From the NCBI RefSeq assembly GCF_000150275.1, contig NW_002060951.1, forward strand, positions 927,186-991,185: 64,000 nt of DNA, read 5' to 3'. Under the pieces are notes generated by a model, which was not told the origin of the DNA, did not search any database, and was given only the letters and a program-made list of their open reading frames with translations. Below, one piece after another: positions 26,478 to 40,956 of the stretch. How positions within the stretch are numbered: the stretch's first letter is position 1; each line of letters opens with the position of its first letter. Origin of the DNA: Trichoplax adhaerens. Lineage: Eukaryota; Animalia; Placozoa. The position numbers were made by a program, and so were the translations under genes.

Positions 26478-29400
26478 TTACTTACTGCTAGTTACCAGTT
26501 GTTTGAAATCGCGAAGAAACTGTCGTAATGAATTCAGAAATTTCTTACTAGACGTTCTCTCACAACTATTAAAATTACTACAAGTGAAAGTAAGTCGATC
26601 CGGTTGTATATTGTAAGATACACCATAGCCTTCATTACATACAGCTGCAAATATTGAATTTGAAAATGGTCCATATGTGCCCTAAATTAGAAAGCAATGA
26701 GGTTACCATGAGGCTACAGCCAATATGACTACAAGCGATTGATTCAATCGGCAAATGCAAAAACATTGCATATTCAATAAAAGTTGTGGAGATAAGAGCG
26801 TATGCTGGGCAATTATATTCATTGATATAGAATTAACTTTGATGTAAAACACTTAATTCGCTATGATTCATTCTACTAAGAAATATTAACGATAAAATTA
26901 TGCGATTATGGGGATGATGTCAGACATCGATATTACCAGGGATTACCAGTCCCTGACGTTACCTGACTGGTTGAAAGCTGAAATTGACTCATTAATTGAA
27001 AAGCAGGATCGCTGAATATTTCTGGCTGGGGAAGACCTTTTTCTGAAGCTACAGTTGCCATTGCGAACATAATTCTATCCCAAGCTTTACCCATTGCAGT
27101 CTATAATTATGAAATATCAAATATTAGGCTTTTCAACGAGATTATCAAGCATAAATTTTAATTACGTGAGTATTTTTTATCTTTTTACTAACCTCCTTAG
27201 CTAGCTGACTATGGGCTTTTACAGCCTCAATGAAAGCAACTTTTTTATCGTTTATCTGTAAAAGAAAGTGCAATAATAAAGCGCACAAAATAATAGCATT
27301 ATGCTATCCTCCAATAATTAGAAGTATCCTTAAAATAATGATAAGAATAATTTACAACACATATCAAATCGCTTCCTGCAAATGATATAATAATTGAATC
27401 TATAGATAGAATCCGTAACTGTCATAGTAGCTATTTGGTGAAACATTGAATAATCCTAAAATTGTACTAATAACTATACATTGCAGTCATGTCTTTTGAA
27501 AAGATAATGAAATAATTGTATTTTAATTATTCCTAGCATAGCAGTTATAGAATGACTAGTAATATTAGCACAACGCAATATATTGATTCATTCCTATAAT
27601 GATTGTCACTATAGAGTAGAAAATTATTAACTGTCGTAGTAAACCTTCAGCAAAACAAGCAGCTATCCATAATTTACAATCCCTATATTAGTCTTTTATC
27701 CTCAGAAAGATAAAGCTGAAGTAAACGAATTTTTGTCCGGTGTGGAATTAAATACTACGCCAGATAATTCAAGGTATTGCAATTGAGAAGTGATACCGGA
27801 TAAGTCCTTCAATCAACTTCACCGTATTGATCGCATTAAACTTTATTCCTTACCGTCGACTTAGGATCTACCCAAACTTCGCAGAGTATTTTTGATTTGG
27901 ATGTAGTCGAGCGAATAGTTTCCGTTCTACCATAAGTATAACGAGCCATTGAACAGCTTTCGTAATGATTCGGTAATTTATTCTCAAGTCTATTTTAAAA
28001 GGAAATTGTCGGCACATTTATTATTTTCGGCAGCTGATGAAATATCTTTAAATCTATTGCATTTTATATTCCTGATATAAAGTGCTATCCTTTTGTATTC
28101 TTTCAAGTATTTAAAGACTATGTTTTTATTTAGGCATGCCATTAGATAGGATGAATATATATAAATTAGTGGCGGTATCACTTAGGTAGTAAATTGTGCG
28201 ATGCAAATATATTAAAACTGAATCATTTCAGTCTTACATAACATAGCTTAGGTGATTTATGATAAATAGAAAATAGTATCCTTTGTAATTATACATCATT
28301 TCTTACTTACATGTAATATGTCAATTGGAGAGCCATTTGTATAAAGCTGTCAGGGCTCATTTTAATGGATTTTATGAATTCTTTACCATAATCGTCAAAG
28401 ATCATACCACGTTGGTTGACATCCTCCACAGCTCTGTGTGTTAACACATACATGTATTAATACAATTTTTATTAGACGTAATATAATGATTGATCGTGAA
28501 AATAAATCTGCGTATTTAAATATTTTTTATCAATTCTATGATAAAGACTAACTTATCAAATTTCTCAGCTGTTTGTCGAATAATTTGATGTAATTCATCA
28601 TTTAATTTCCACTCAATTCTCTTCGGTTGTTCAACTTGGTTTAAAACTTCTTGTGAAACAGACTGACTGGTATCTACCGCTTTACTGTGATAATCGATTT
28701 AGAAAATATAAATTTTATGATATTGATAGCAAAGTCTATGCGGCATGAAGATAGTAGAGATGCTATATGCAGAAGAATATGATGCTTTCGGTTCTGAAGT
28801 AGCATCTACGGTAGTATCTTGATATTTTGTTTTTAACAGTTAACCTGTATTAATTGACGTGGATGCAGTAATTTGTACAAGCTAAAGTCTTATATTTAAT
28901 TCACATTATCATATTAAAATTAGAATATTTAGAGTAGATTTAATGAAACATACGTACATATAATGTTCTATCAAATAAACGAGCTGAAAGATTGGAACTC
29001 CATCTATATTTGAATGCTCCGCTGCTAAGCCGAAACATCCATATCCATTTACCGAGAAATTGAGAACTTTATCATTCCATCGATTTCCACTGTTGAACTG
29101 AGTGCCATATCCATGTAAGCCGTTAGCCGTAAATATACTATATAATTCATCCATATAATCTGGATGATCTGGTTGAACACTGGGTTCAACTTTTTTCGTT
29201 TCTAGGCTTAAGACAATGATTGCACGATGAATAGTACGCCAATTTCGATAATTATCAGGATCTAAATGTATAATTATACCACATTATGATATTTCATTGT
29301 TCATATTTACGTCATATTGGTGAATACTATTTTAAATCACCTTGATTTAAAAGTCGAAGGGCGTTAGCCCACGTTTCACGATCTGCTGTTGTTAGTATAC

Positions 29401-32400
29401 CTACAGGTTCTGCTATTTCCGTTGACATTTGCATAATTCGTTGAATTTGCATTTTCATTTCGGCATACGAAACAACTTTATTGTCTTTGATTGCTTCAAC
29501 AACGAAAAACTACGGAGTAACAATATGATATACAGTATATTAATTAAGTAAGATAGCAAATGATATTAACTTCACCGCTGTAATTCGAGTTTCATATACC
29601 CGCATATGCTAGACACTCTTTTCATTTCTATTACAACGCCGTATCAAATAGTGAAAACTAGCAGTACTCGTATAATTAATGTAATTAATAGCATCTATAC
29701 AATAACTATTCAATTTCTATACGGTTCCTTTGCAAATAAGTTATATTCCTCTTGTATCTTCATTAACGGTAAATTTGAAGGCCTAGAATTTATTTATTAG
29801 ATTTTGCAATTTTATTTTAAAGGCCAGAACAAGAGATAACTATAATTTAGGAGTAATGTAATAATTTTTTATTGTTTACGATTATATATTGATTTTAAAA
29901 TATCTAATCTCAGTTTAAGCCTACACTGGCATATGATGCTGTAGTGCAGCCCCAAATATAGCTTAGATTACTATTATAAGACTCTACGAGAATAACTTAA
30001 CTTGTAAGCTAGAGTGTAAGATTGTGTAAGAGTCTATTTGTAGAAGATGTTTACAGTACGTATTGTAGCGAATCTATTAAGATGTTTATATAAAGATCTG
30101 AGATATACAGTAAATAGATTTGCGCTTAGTATGTTAGTACTGTAAGTATTGTATTGTAATGCTTTAAGTAGACGCGCGATTTATGAATAGATTGCGCGAT
30201 AGTAAATTTAGATCTGATCTTGCGACTTAATGGGCAAGATAAGATTTGTTACAGTAAAAGCATTCTGTAACTAATCGTATATAAATCGTGAATTTTGCTG
30301 TAATAAGTAGATTGTCAGATAGTCAGATAGTCCTTGGTAGTTAGACGAACCTAACTTCTGTAATAAAGTGAAATTTGCACGAAACTGTGGTTCTTGATTT
30401 ATTGTTTTGAAGATCACTTTATCACAGATGCATATCCATGTACGACATGTTGACAACTTAAATATTATCTTACTCCTAAAGTGTCGTAATTAAATCAGTT
30501 ACTTTTAATATATTATTTTGACTCTATTGCACCGTACCTGATTATTATGGGAAACAATCATGTGAGTAGAAAGATCATCGTCAAGTTTTTGGTATTCAAA
30601 ATCATCCCTATCCTGTCTAGGAATTCTACCACTAGCAAAATAATGCTTGGCTTGATGCATACAAAATATAGTTTCACCCGCTTTATACACAGGTAAGGTT
30701 TGTCTAAGACGAAAGCATCAAAAATTGGTTGAAATTATCGTTGTCGATCATCTTGTGTTAGAATAGTTAAGCCTTGACTGTTACAAAATGAGAATCTTAA
30801 CTTATCAGAAAGGGGATTTACTCAAGTGCTTACTGGTATATTTGTTGGTAATATGTTGCTAAAGAGACGGCTGCTCTAGCGGAAAGGCTATCCAAAATAG
30901 AATATAAAAGCGTCTTTAAAATGATAATCGCAACTGGAATTAAAATTTGTAAATATTATATTTCATGCAATTGAGCACACTCCGTAAGTAAATTTTGTGG
31001 CTGATTCTTGATTACAGTAATTTAGTATTTGCAGTTTCATAGATTCGCACCTTACTTATAATTACAGTTTGCACATCATATACGTGTACATGATTGCAAG
31101 CTATTCTACAGATTGCAACTACTGTATTTGCAGTAACTTCTGAGTTTACTTTTAAAGTGTTATTGAGCCATAGCATAGTATTATAAGTACTATAATAATA
31201 TTATTGCAATATTGCAGATAGTTACATGTGTATAACTAACACATTAAAGACTATATCTAACATTACGTTTAATAGCCTTATTGGGCTAACATTTCTTACT
31301 TTATATATTCGTCTTCCGTCTGGACTGGTTCATAACCACTAATAGCACCAACCGAGGAGGTCAACACGACTGGTTGTCTTGACTTTAAATAAGCGTCAGT
31401 CCACCAATCGGCTAACTATGATATCATATCGGAAGAATAAGTGAGAAAGGAAATAGATAAGTTAATACTATGAAGAAATATTAAACTATCTTTGGCTATT
31501 GGTATGTGAATGGATGAGATCTTCGTTACTTAAGACTTATATTAACATATCGTACTCTTCTAGAAATAAAAATAATTTACGTCAACCTATTTTGGTGGAG
31601 TAGCGTATGGGTATCTTAACTGAGAAATAATTATGGCTTTAAATTTTCTGATACTCGTTACGATAGCAGTAAGTAATTTTGCCTACATCGTGATTCCTCC
31701 TAATTCTGATAGTATTTATAGTAAAATTAAAGATGTACCATTGTAGTTGATTGCTATATGCAAAAATATGAATAAATAAACACTGCTTATTTGATGAAGC
31801 TATAATTTATAAATTTAGAGTAATACTAGGCTATAAATCTACATAATTTTATTTTATACCGTAAATAACTAATTCTATATTATGGCATACGCGCAAATCG
31901 TATAAATATTTTAATATCAAAGTTCAAAATTTGCTGCACTTGTTAGGCTCGAAAATATTTGATACCATGTAAACAGATATTATAATATAAAATGTAATGG
32001 AAATGTCTAACGAGCACTCATTTAATAATAATTTTAAAATTCATCGAAAACGACAAATTTTGACTAACATTGAAATTTTACATAATTAATTAGTATGACA
32101 ATCGATTATAACGAAATATGCTAAAAAAATAACTAAAATAAAATCCAAAGCAAGGTAATAACTTGATTAATACGTCTATGACAATTAGATGGTATAGTTT
32201 GGATTGTTACATTGGACATTAATTAGATGCTACCGTATCTATTTGATCACTTCGTATCTATGGTGCAACCGAAATGATCATAAAAAATATTACTGAATAA
32301 ATTGAAAAATAGAAATACGATAAAGGTAATATCAATGATAAAAATCTAACCCAATTTTTAGTGGTTTTTGCTTTCTCCACAACAACTTGGTGAAGCTGTT

Positions 32401-32575
32401 CGCCGATTCCTCCTGGCTTGCCAAATTCTTTGACAAGAGCTTCTGTCTTTGCATACTGTTCATCGCTAACCATAGGAAGAGCAGAGGCTAAATACTTCTT
32501 TAGAGATCCTTGTAAGTCTGGTACAGGTTGTTTTGGTAACTTGTCATCGTAGCAAAATGTAGCTTCGGAAGGCAT
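26478..32575 (-). CDS. Choline/carnitine O-acyltransferase family protein, carnitine-type (CRAT/CROT-like), about 12 exons
   Basis: [29 protein letters not shown]...[16 protein letters not shown]; NSGNRWNDK; catalytic [10 protein letters not shown]; [23 protein letters not shown]; [19 protein letters not shown]; GKAWDR; LSTSQ; [12 protein letters not shown] and DR are the carnitine-type motifs (ChAT has VDN and DN). Confidence 0.9.
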
Positions 32576-35500
32576 CTTAATTAAGATAATAAATGATTTA
32601 AGGTTAGTTTCAATCAAGAACTAGGATTAGCATGACAAATGACTATTGCTTTATTCAATGAATGAAACTAGGAAGCAGGTTAGCAACTTTATTTTTGGTA
32701 AATCTAGTATATCAAATATGTATTATTACATAACTTATTCATGGATTACTAAATTTTCCTCAGAGTATCTATAGCTTATTATGCTGTAGCTGTTAGTTGG
32801 TTCATTACGATATAAATGAGTTTAGCTAAAATGACTACAAGACTACTAATAGATCCATTTATCGCTAGTGATGATTTAATATTAGTGGTTGCGTCTGAAT
32901 ATCATCACAATGTTGCAAGACTCATATGCTCGATTAAAGAAATAATTCATTTGTAGTAATCTACAACTAGGCGTCACTATGATTCTGTAAGACGTACAGG
33001 CTCGATTAACGCTGAGATTAACGTAAAATTCTCAAGCAAGCATTCCGGATTCAGAGTTCAGCTTAGCAGGATAAATGATTATTGATTGAGATGAAGTAAA
33101 GACATTAGAGAAATTTCTTAAAGAAGTGATTAAGGTTTCTTATACCGAATGCGATACTGTTAGTTAATACTAGAGAGTGACATAATTAGAAGACGGTAGA
33201 AAGGTTCCATCGACATACGCGTATGTGCATATTGAACTTGTAACATTAGCATTTTTAGTTTGGATATATAATCAAGAACTATACAAAGATTAACCTATTA
33301 GCTACGGAAAAACTCTCAATAATAAATCGTCAGTAGCTAACAGTAAATAAGAAACTGCACGCAATCTATCTGCTACTGCAACACCACAACTAAATTTGGT
33401 CATTTCAGGCACTTTTTAGACGAACTAGTACAAGTTATGCAATCTATTCTGTGGAGAAATCATTTCACTTCATATTAAATAGTAAATTGAGAGGAATTAT
33501 TATGCTTGGATATTACTTGAACAGTTACACAACGGACATCTTTACCACAAAATTTGAAATTAATTAAATGAAATTAATCCACTACTACATCCGGCATAAA
33601 GTAACATTGTGCCAGCACTCAGCAGTAATTATAATTAACTGTAAATATGTAAAAATTAAAAAACTAAACTTGCGAACACTACTAGCACGTATTTTAGCAC
33701 TATTGGTACAGTGCAAGAGAATAGAATAAGATTCTTGTTAAATATTAACGTAGAATTGATATGGATATGGATTTAACAAGAGGAATAGTATAAAGAAGAC
33801 AAGGTCGGCGTCATAATAGTATTTGACCGAGAAGAACATCAGACAAACAAAGTTATAAACAGCCTGTAGGAATAAGAAACAGCTATAAAAGCCAGGATGC
33901 CTCGAAGAGAATTCGATCTGAGGTTTAGTGGTGTTTAAGGTTTACTTATCAAAATCCTACATTCTACTATTGTATACTATTGTAATAAACTATTTTAACC
34001 TCAACGTATTGTCGTAACTTTATTATGGACGGTAGTTATAGGGGGAAGAAAGAGATTAGTAGCCTGCATTTACCTTTCTAGTAAACTGTGATATTTCTTA
34101 GAAATGCATCAATGAAAATTCTGTATTTTAACTTGATAAATTGTGCTGTCGATTAGTAATTATTTTTTGACTTTAGCTAGAATCATACGCTTTAAAATTA
34201 CCCAATCGATATAAGGAAAGGATCGCAAACTAGTTAAAATGAAATGGCCAATTCGTACCTTATGAACTATTTGTTCATCAACTCTTCTGTACCCCAAATT
34301 TCTAAAACAGTATTGTCATGTATGCTAAGCGTAGCCGCATAAATACATACATAAAATTGATCTTAGAATTTGCCTAGTCTATTCCCTTTAACAATGACCT
34401 CCTGAGAGCAGTTTCAGCAATAGGTAGTAAAATATAATTACAAGATGCAGGAGACTACTATAGAGTATAATGATTAAGATCACCACGTGTAAAAATATTA
34501 TTAGCATTTGGGTTGTGGTTATTCAATTTCGTTGCTCTTCGACCTTTGTATTGACCTTCTATGACTGAATTGGTCTATAATATAATCGCTGTAGCTAACA
34601 ATTATACTACTGTACAGTATATACTAACTATAACATTGCTCAATAAACAATTTCTTTAGTATCACGGAGTGATGGACATGGATTAGATTAGATTAGACTG
34701 TCGAGTTATACTGTATTTATAAACCTCCTATTTATTTACGGTTAAATAGAATAAACTTACTATGACCTCTATGTCTCATGGCAGCTACTGAATACTCGTA
34801 CTGTAATAGTCCTTGATCACAACAGTATCGTTGCATAGTAGATTGACGAAGGTAGATATATCAATTTTATTTTATATGACAAGTCCGGTGTTGGAGCGTT
34901 GTCTTTTACTTAAATTAAGAGAAGAATACGAGCTTACTTATATGCATTTTTCGACGGACATGATATCAGCAAATGCAGATGTTAGAATAAACTGGGTGCT
35001 TATTCTAGTAAAAATATCTATTATTTACGGTATTTATAATTTCTATGATGTATTACTTTATACGTACAGTATACTAATATTCGATCAACAATTTACTATT
35101 AAGCAAGCGTAAAATGACGAACAGATTATATATATTGTACTTGTTTATTATTACTATTTTTGTTTGTCACATTTATGTGAAAAATGTATTGGTGTTCACA
35201 TGCTATGGCCTATGGGAACTCCAAAAAAATATGTTAAGATTATCGAATTCAAAAAGTCGTCTAGTATCGTTGGATTAAGATTGGTGATCAAAACTTCCCA
35301 TTTCTTATGTATATTCCTTTCATTTTCCATGTTCATTCATACGGTTGGAATCATGCCTTGAATAGTTACCACAGATTTCGCTGAAATAATGTAACTTGTA
35401 GGTGTACTGTATCACCGAAATTTCGAATGGCTTGCTACGATATACTCTCGCAAAGAATAAAATGAGAGAATAAGTGAATGTAGGGACTCCCAATAGAATT

Positions 35501-36912
35501 CTCTTACAGGTCCCTGTGTTATGGCAATACGTTGCCTAAATTATAGTTTAAGAAAGTATTATTGCTGACAGTGTTTCAGTATTATAGTATAAAGCTGTTT
35601 TGTAGATTATAGTAGTGTACAGCGTGTCTACTGGTTGCGAGCCTTTTAGAAGGGTAGATCTTAGGCGTTATAGTAGCAGTATTATATTCTTGCTAGATCT
35701 TTCGACAGATTAGGGTTGTAATCTATAGAAGCAACTCAAAGTAAGTGCTTTACGTTAGACTAGTAAACATGTCAGGAAGTAGTCCATGACATCCTGATAC
35801 ATGGTATATCATACCTTATTACAGACCTCTGGACTTCACAATGTGATCTGTATTAGAATTAGATATTTATCGATTTTATGTTAGCGCTATGTTGGATCGG
35901 TCGCGAGATTGTTGTTTAGCTGCGATGATTGGGCTCAGATTGGTCACACTGCAGACTGAGAATTGCCTACTTAGCGGAGGTGAAGTTGTGAGCCTGGTGA
36001 GTAACGTATGGGAATATCTGTGTTAGAGTTTTGTTCAAAATATGCTGACAAATAAGATGGGCCCGGATGGTATGAAAGGGTCTTAGAGAGAGAGCTAAAG
36101 TAGCCTTTCAGATTTGCCAAGTAAAGATTACTAGAATAACGTTTTAATATTAGCTATAGCCCTTTCATTGCTAAATTCTGTAACCTTTTTTATGCATGTA
36201 ATAAAGTTATTCCTATCCTAAGACACTCAGTCTCAGCATTACTGTGAACCAGTAGTTCGGAGTAGTTTAGGAGTAACAATTATTACAGCTACACAGGGCT
36301 CCACGTGGTAATGACACGAAATTGGGTTTCTTAATTTGCATTTTCTTAAAGTATGTCGAACAAAGTTAAAAATAATCAATCCCTATGCCTTAGCGTTGGG
36401 ACCAATACCCGACGACCACCCGCGCTCAATGGAATGACCCATATTCAATCAATCAGTCAGGGTTGGCAATGGCGTGATAACGTTATTACATCTTCACTTT
36501 AAAGGTCATTTTTCCACTCTCTTCGATCGTGGAGTGAGCGAAGATCAAAGAAAGTTTCATGAGATAGCTAAAATCGTGAGGTACGACAGTAGAAGGAATA
36601 CCTATGAGCACAATTTGTTAACCAAATGTGGCCATGTGTCTACTCGTCCAAATGGATGTCCAGTTGTCCACTGTTCAGTCTTCTCCATGATCGCTTACAG
36701 ATGTACAGACGTTTGTCCTGCATGAGGTCATAAAGAACGGCACTGTTAACTACTGTAAACCAAGAAACTGCATTTTTGGCATCATTAGCGTACGATGATT
36801 GCAGGATATTATGCTGTATATCATCAATGATATATGGCCAATTTAAATGATTACTATTCAGCTGAAGAATACACTTCTGAAGAAGTTCAAAAATTTAACC
36901 ACACGATTTATA

Positions 36913-38827
36913 ATGAGTAATGTAAGGCCTTATCAATTGGCATCGCGGCCATTACTAGGAGCTGAAGTCCATGGAATTGATTTAACTGGGAATGTTTCTA
37001 GCTCCGTCATAGAGATGATCAAGAAAGATGTAACTGATCATAGAATAGTTATATTCCGTAACCAGAACCCTATAAGTGGTCATCGCCAAGTAGAAATTAG
37101 CCAATGGTTTGGGCAGTTGGAATCAACCTTTTATAAGCATCCCAAATCACCTCACCCTGATGTCTTTCGTGTATCTAACGTCGAAAGTGAGGGCTGCGTT
37201 GGTGTAGGTCGAACAGGATGGCATATTGATGGCAGCTTTCAATCTGAACCCTTCTCGCATTCTCTTTACTATATGCATCACGTTCCCAAACATGGCGATA
37301 CAGGTGTAGTTAATCAACTACTATTCCGTAACTTAAATGACAGACTCTTAACTAATTTCATCTTTCCATTCATTATACGGTACCTAGACGGCTTAGTATT
37401 ATAAATCTGCAAATAAATAGCAAAGAAAGGACCATAGAACGATTAAAACTACTTACCAGTATCGTAGTCACTTTTGTATCGTTTGAATGTATAGCTTACT
37501 CATCCATGAATGTATTGGTATTTGCTAATTATAATGATGGAAACTTATCGACGTAACTACTACAGTATATACGAACTCAGATAACTACAAACTACTGTAC
37601 AGTGCAGTAGTACCTTCATACACAGTGAGTTAATTAGTATTTTCTGAACAAAATTACCACATAATAGCATAGCCCTAGCTCCATTGGAATAGTGTATAGT
37701 AACATACGCGTATGTGCCAATCTTTTTAAGCTATATATAGCAGTTATTATGCTTTAAGATGAAAATAATGACATCGGTGTATTCTGCTCCTAATTTCATC
37801 GATCAATATTACAGCTTTTATACCATTAAATGATGTACTAAAGAAAATATCCGAAGTAAAGAGACAACGATGGGAAAGGCTATGGATGTGTAGCGATAGA
37901 AGAGGTTATCATAGTCATCCGCTAGTATATCCTCACCCTATTACAGGTCTTAAGGTAACTGCACAATGATGTCGTTTAAACCATGACTGATCCAAAGAAA
38001 TTACATATATCTAACTTAAGTTATCAATTGCGAGGTCTCAGTCAAATCTGATCTTGCGATAACAGCATAAATAACTGAATACTCTTGCTGGGGTTACTCA
38101 GTAACCTACTATTCTCCTTCTTATAATCTAAATTATAGGAAGGAGAAAAATTAATTGTTTGTCTCTATTTATTAGAAGTTGTAATAAAACGAAATTGACT
38201 AAATAGTCCTGACTTTAGGATCTACAGAAAGATACTTAGAATTGATCTGAAATTCTAGTATCCTAGAGTCTGTAAACTATTAAATTGTTAAATGATTACT
38301 TACTGTACAATTTTATATATCAATAATATTTGTAGACTTTATGCTTCCACCTTGGTATGACTGATGCATTCATATGGGATAAAGGAACACCGAATGAGCA
38401 CTTAACAACACCGGAAGAGACACAAAAGATCTTAGCTGACATACATAGCGAAATTATAAGCAGCCAGTTAATATATCGCCATAAGGTAGTCTAAACTTAA
38501 TTCAGCTCAAACTATCACAGCTGATAGAATTTAGCTTGTACTTTCGTGATCAATATGCAGTACAGTATACGTATAATATTACTCTTTCCTTCTATTTAAC
38601 ATGTCATATAGTGTGATTAGTATCTCAAATAACTTATATTGTTGCCTATCTTTCTTCAGTGGAGAGTTGGTGATTTCATAATATCAGATAATTTAGCAGT
38701 CGGACACGAGGCAACTGAAGAAACTCAGCATGATCCAGAACTGGTAGGCCTTCGAATTTTACACAGGACAACTATCAAAGGGGTCAAGCAACCATCTAAG
38801 GATAACCCGTGCAAGGACACAATTTAA
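36913..38827 (+). CDS. TauD/TfdA-family Fe(II)/2-oxoglutarate-dependent dioxygenase (4 exons: 36913-37303, 37815-37954, 38336-38485, 38660-38827)
   Basis: LGAEVHGIDL...HRIVIFRNQ...RVSN...GWHIDGSF (HxD)...GDT|AF...HPLVYPHPITG...|...RHK|WRVGDFIISDNLAVGH...LHRTTI (distal His, 2OG-binding Arg). Splice phases join in frame. An upstream in-frame ATG at 36847 is possible. Confidence 0.92.
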
Positions 38828-40956
38828 CTAAGCTCCGCATTTATAGAATCATCATAGAAGATATGATGAGTTCTTCTTCGTCATAGCAGGTCTTATAAGT
38901 TCGTAACACTTCTTTGAGTTTTACTTGTGATACTGTAAATGTATAAGTTGCCTCAGCAGATTCAAACAATAGGTTATTGCATGCTATAAGACGTCATAGA
39001 CGTGCTACTAATATATTATGAAGATGCAAAGTTATTTAGTATTTATATATCTTTCCTGATTATTGGGACAGTTTATTACACTATAGCTCTAATAAGTCAT
39101 AGTTGATTAAATCAAATGTAAGAAAACACAAAAAGTGCTGAAAACGACTGCTATTTTTCATTGCTCATATTTGTACATTAACCGTGTTAATCGCTATTTT
39201 TACATAGACGTAATAAATCATCATTTCTGGTTATTAACTGATTAAATCGAAGAGAACACGAAAAGTTATGGAAACGATTCTTATGTTTCTTTGTCCATAT
39301 TTTTGCGTTACTAGTGTTAATTAGTATTTTATATAGACGCAATAAGCCATCATTTTAGCCATTAAACGCGGGATTTTATCTTTAGTCTATGCGTAAATGG
39401 TGTACCTAGAAATTATGCCTAATTTTTATAACCAAATTTAATAGCAATCATTTCTATCAGTTTTATCGATTTCGAAATCTACTAATTTACCTAAATGGAA
39501 GATACAGTACTATCACATAAATTGGATACCTTTTGCAGGTACTTTGTTGCCAAAATTTATAAATTTTGATCTTTTAAATAAAACAGCGGTATCGAAAGCT
39601 TATCTAAAGAAGCTGTATCTTACATACATTAAAGCAGTACCTTTCTAAGGTTAATAAACTTTCGTAAATATTACCTTAGCATATAAAATGAATTGTCAGT
39701 ATAGGCCGAAATTTCAGTCATCTATCACGCTATTAGTTTATCTTTTCCACAATTTATTACTGATAAAATTAAAATTGTGGTAATGATTGATATTCATGTA
39801 CGTACTGGACTTCAGTGCAAGTGTAAACAGTCAAATTTGCTATCTCAAATTATTTCATGCAAGAAATTTTGGTAGCCTATACTCAGTTTAACGAATTTAA
39901 ATAGCATTTTCTAAAGCTGAATCTATACCGTTTATTATACTCTAAACTCGTATATCAACTATTAGTTTAGATAGCATTAAATTACTACGTGAGTACGGTG
40001 TACATCAATTCAGAATTAAACCTTAGCGTTTGCTTTATTGTACAGTTCCCATCTTGGATGCAATACGACGTGGTGTTCTATTATATATTTTATAGCACGA
40101 TTAATCGTTGCCTAATTTAATAGCGATTTATTTCATTCTTGATGGCGAATAAGCTTCGAATTTATAGTGATGCCTACACATTACTTAGATCTTTCTGGCA
40201 AAATGAGGTCAACATAATAAGTATCAGTACTCAATAATATCGTATCTGTGTGTATTCATGTCTAATGTTAGCGTCAATAAACAGCCATTTATTAGATGAT
40301 GCTTAAACATCTTCATTAATAAGTCATAAGCTATCATTTTTTTAAGTTTTGATTACTAATGTGAAATATTTCTATATTATGATGATATAAACATTATCAA
40401 ATGCATAATTCTAGCAGCCATTATGCAGCCTCATTGCATTGCAACTTACAATGACTACAACAACGAACCTTACGGATATATAAATAGCTCCAGTTTTTAA
40501 ATTTAAACTGTTAAAAACTAGCTAACGTATTTCTATTCTTTCCTGATATAAGAAATATAAGGGAACAATGCAAGGGATTGTTCTAAACCTCGCATAGGAT
40601 AATACAAGAGTTCATTGATATTCAGTAGTCTATTCTATTCAAATACTATAACCATTTAGCATTATTCGCCATGAATATTAATTAATGTTGTTACTACTTC
40701 AAGGCGGACACATATCATAAATAGCTCTAGCGTTGTCGTCGACTTATCGCCTTGATACAATTAATAGAATTGTTAATGAAGAAATAACACATTAGCTTCC
40801 TCACCTATTAACGACAGATTACTCTGATTCCGGTCAAATAGTACCAATTTACTGACGTTTAGACTCTACAATTGTTCTCTTGTAAGCTTAGTAGCTCGTT
40901 CATTTGTGCTCTTAGAATATAACCTTTAATACAAATTTACGCTGTCGGATTATAAA

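Noticed and set aside
26478-32575. Choline acetyltransferase (would be notable in a possibly nerveless animal)
   Set aside because: It has GRTETIR and DR rather than the ChAT-specific GRVDNIR and DN.
36474-36725. 83-aa Cys-containing ORF upstream of the dioxygenase
   Set aside because: Non-ATG start, no recognisable domain or splice context.
39184-39367. Two ~55-bp degenerate direct repeats (also weak repeats near 57.9 and 58.3 kb)
   Set aside because: Short, diverged and AT-rich, with no terminal inverted repeats or target-site duplications to support a mobile element.
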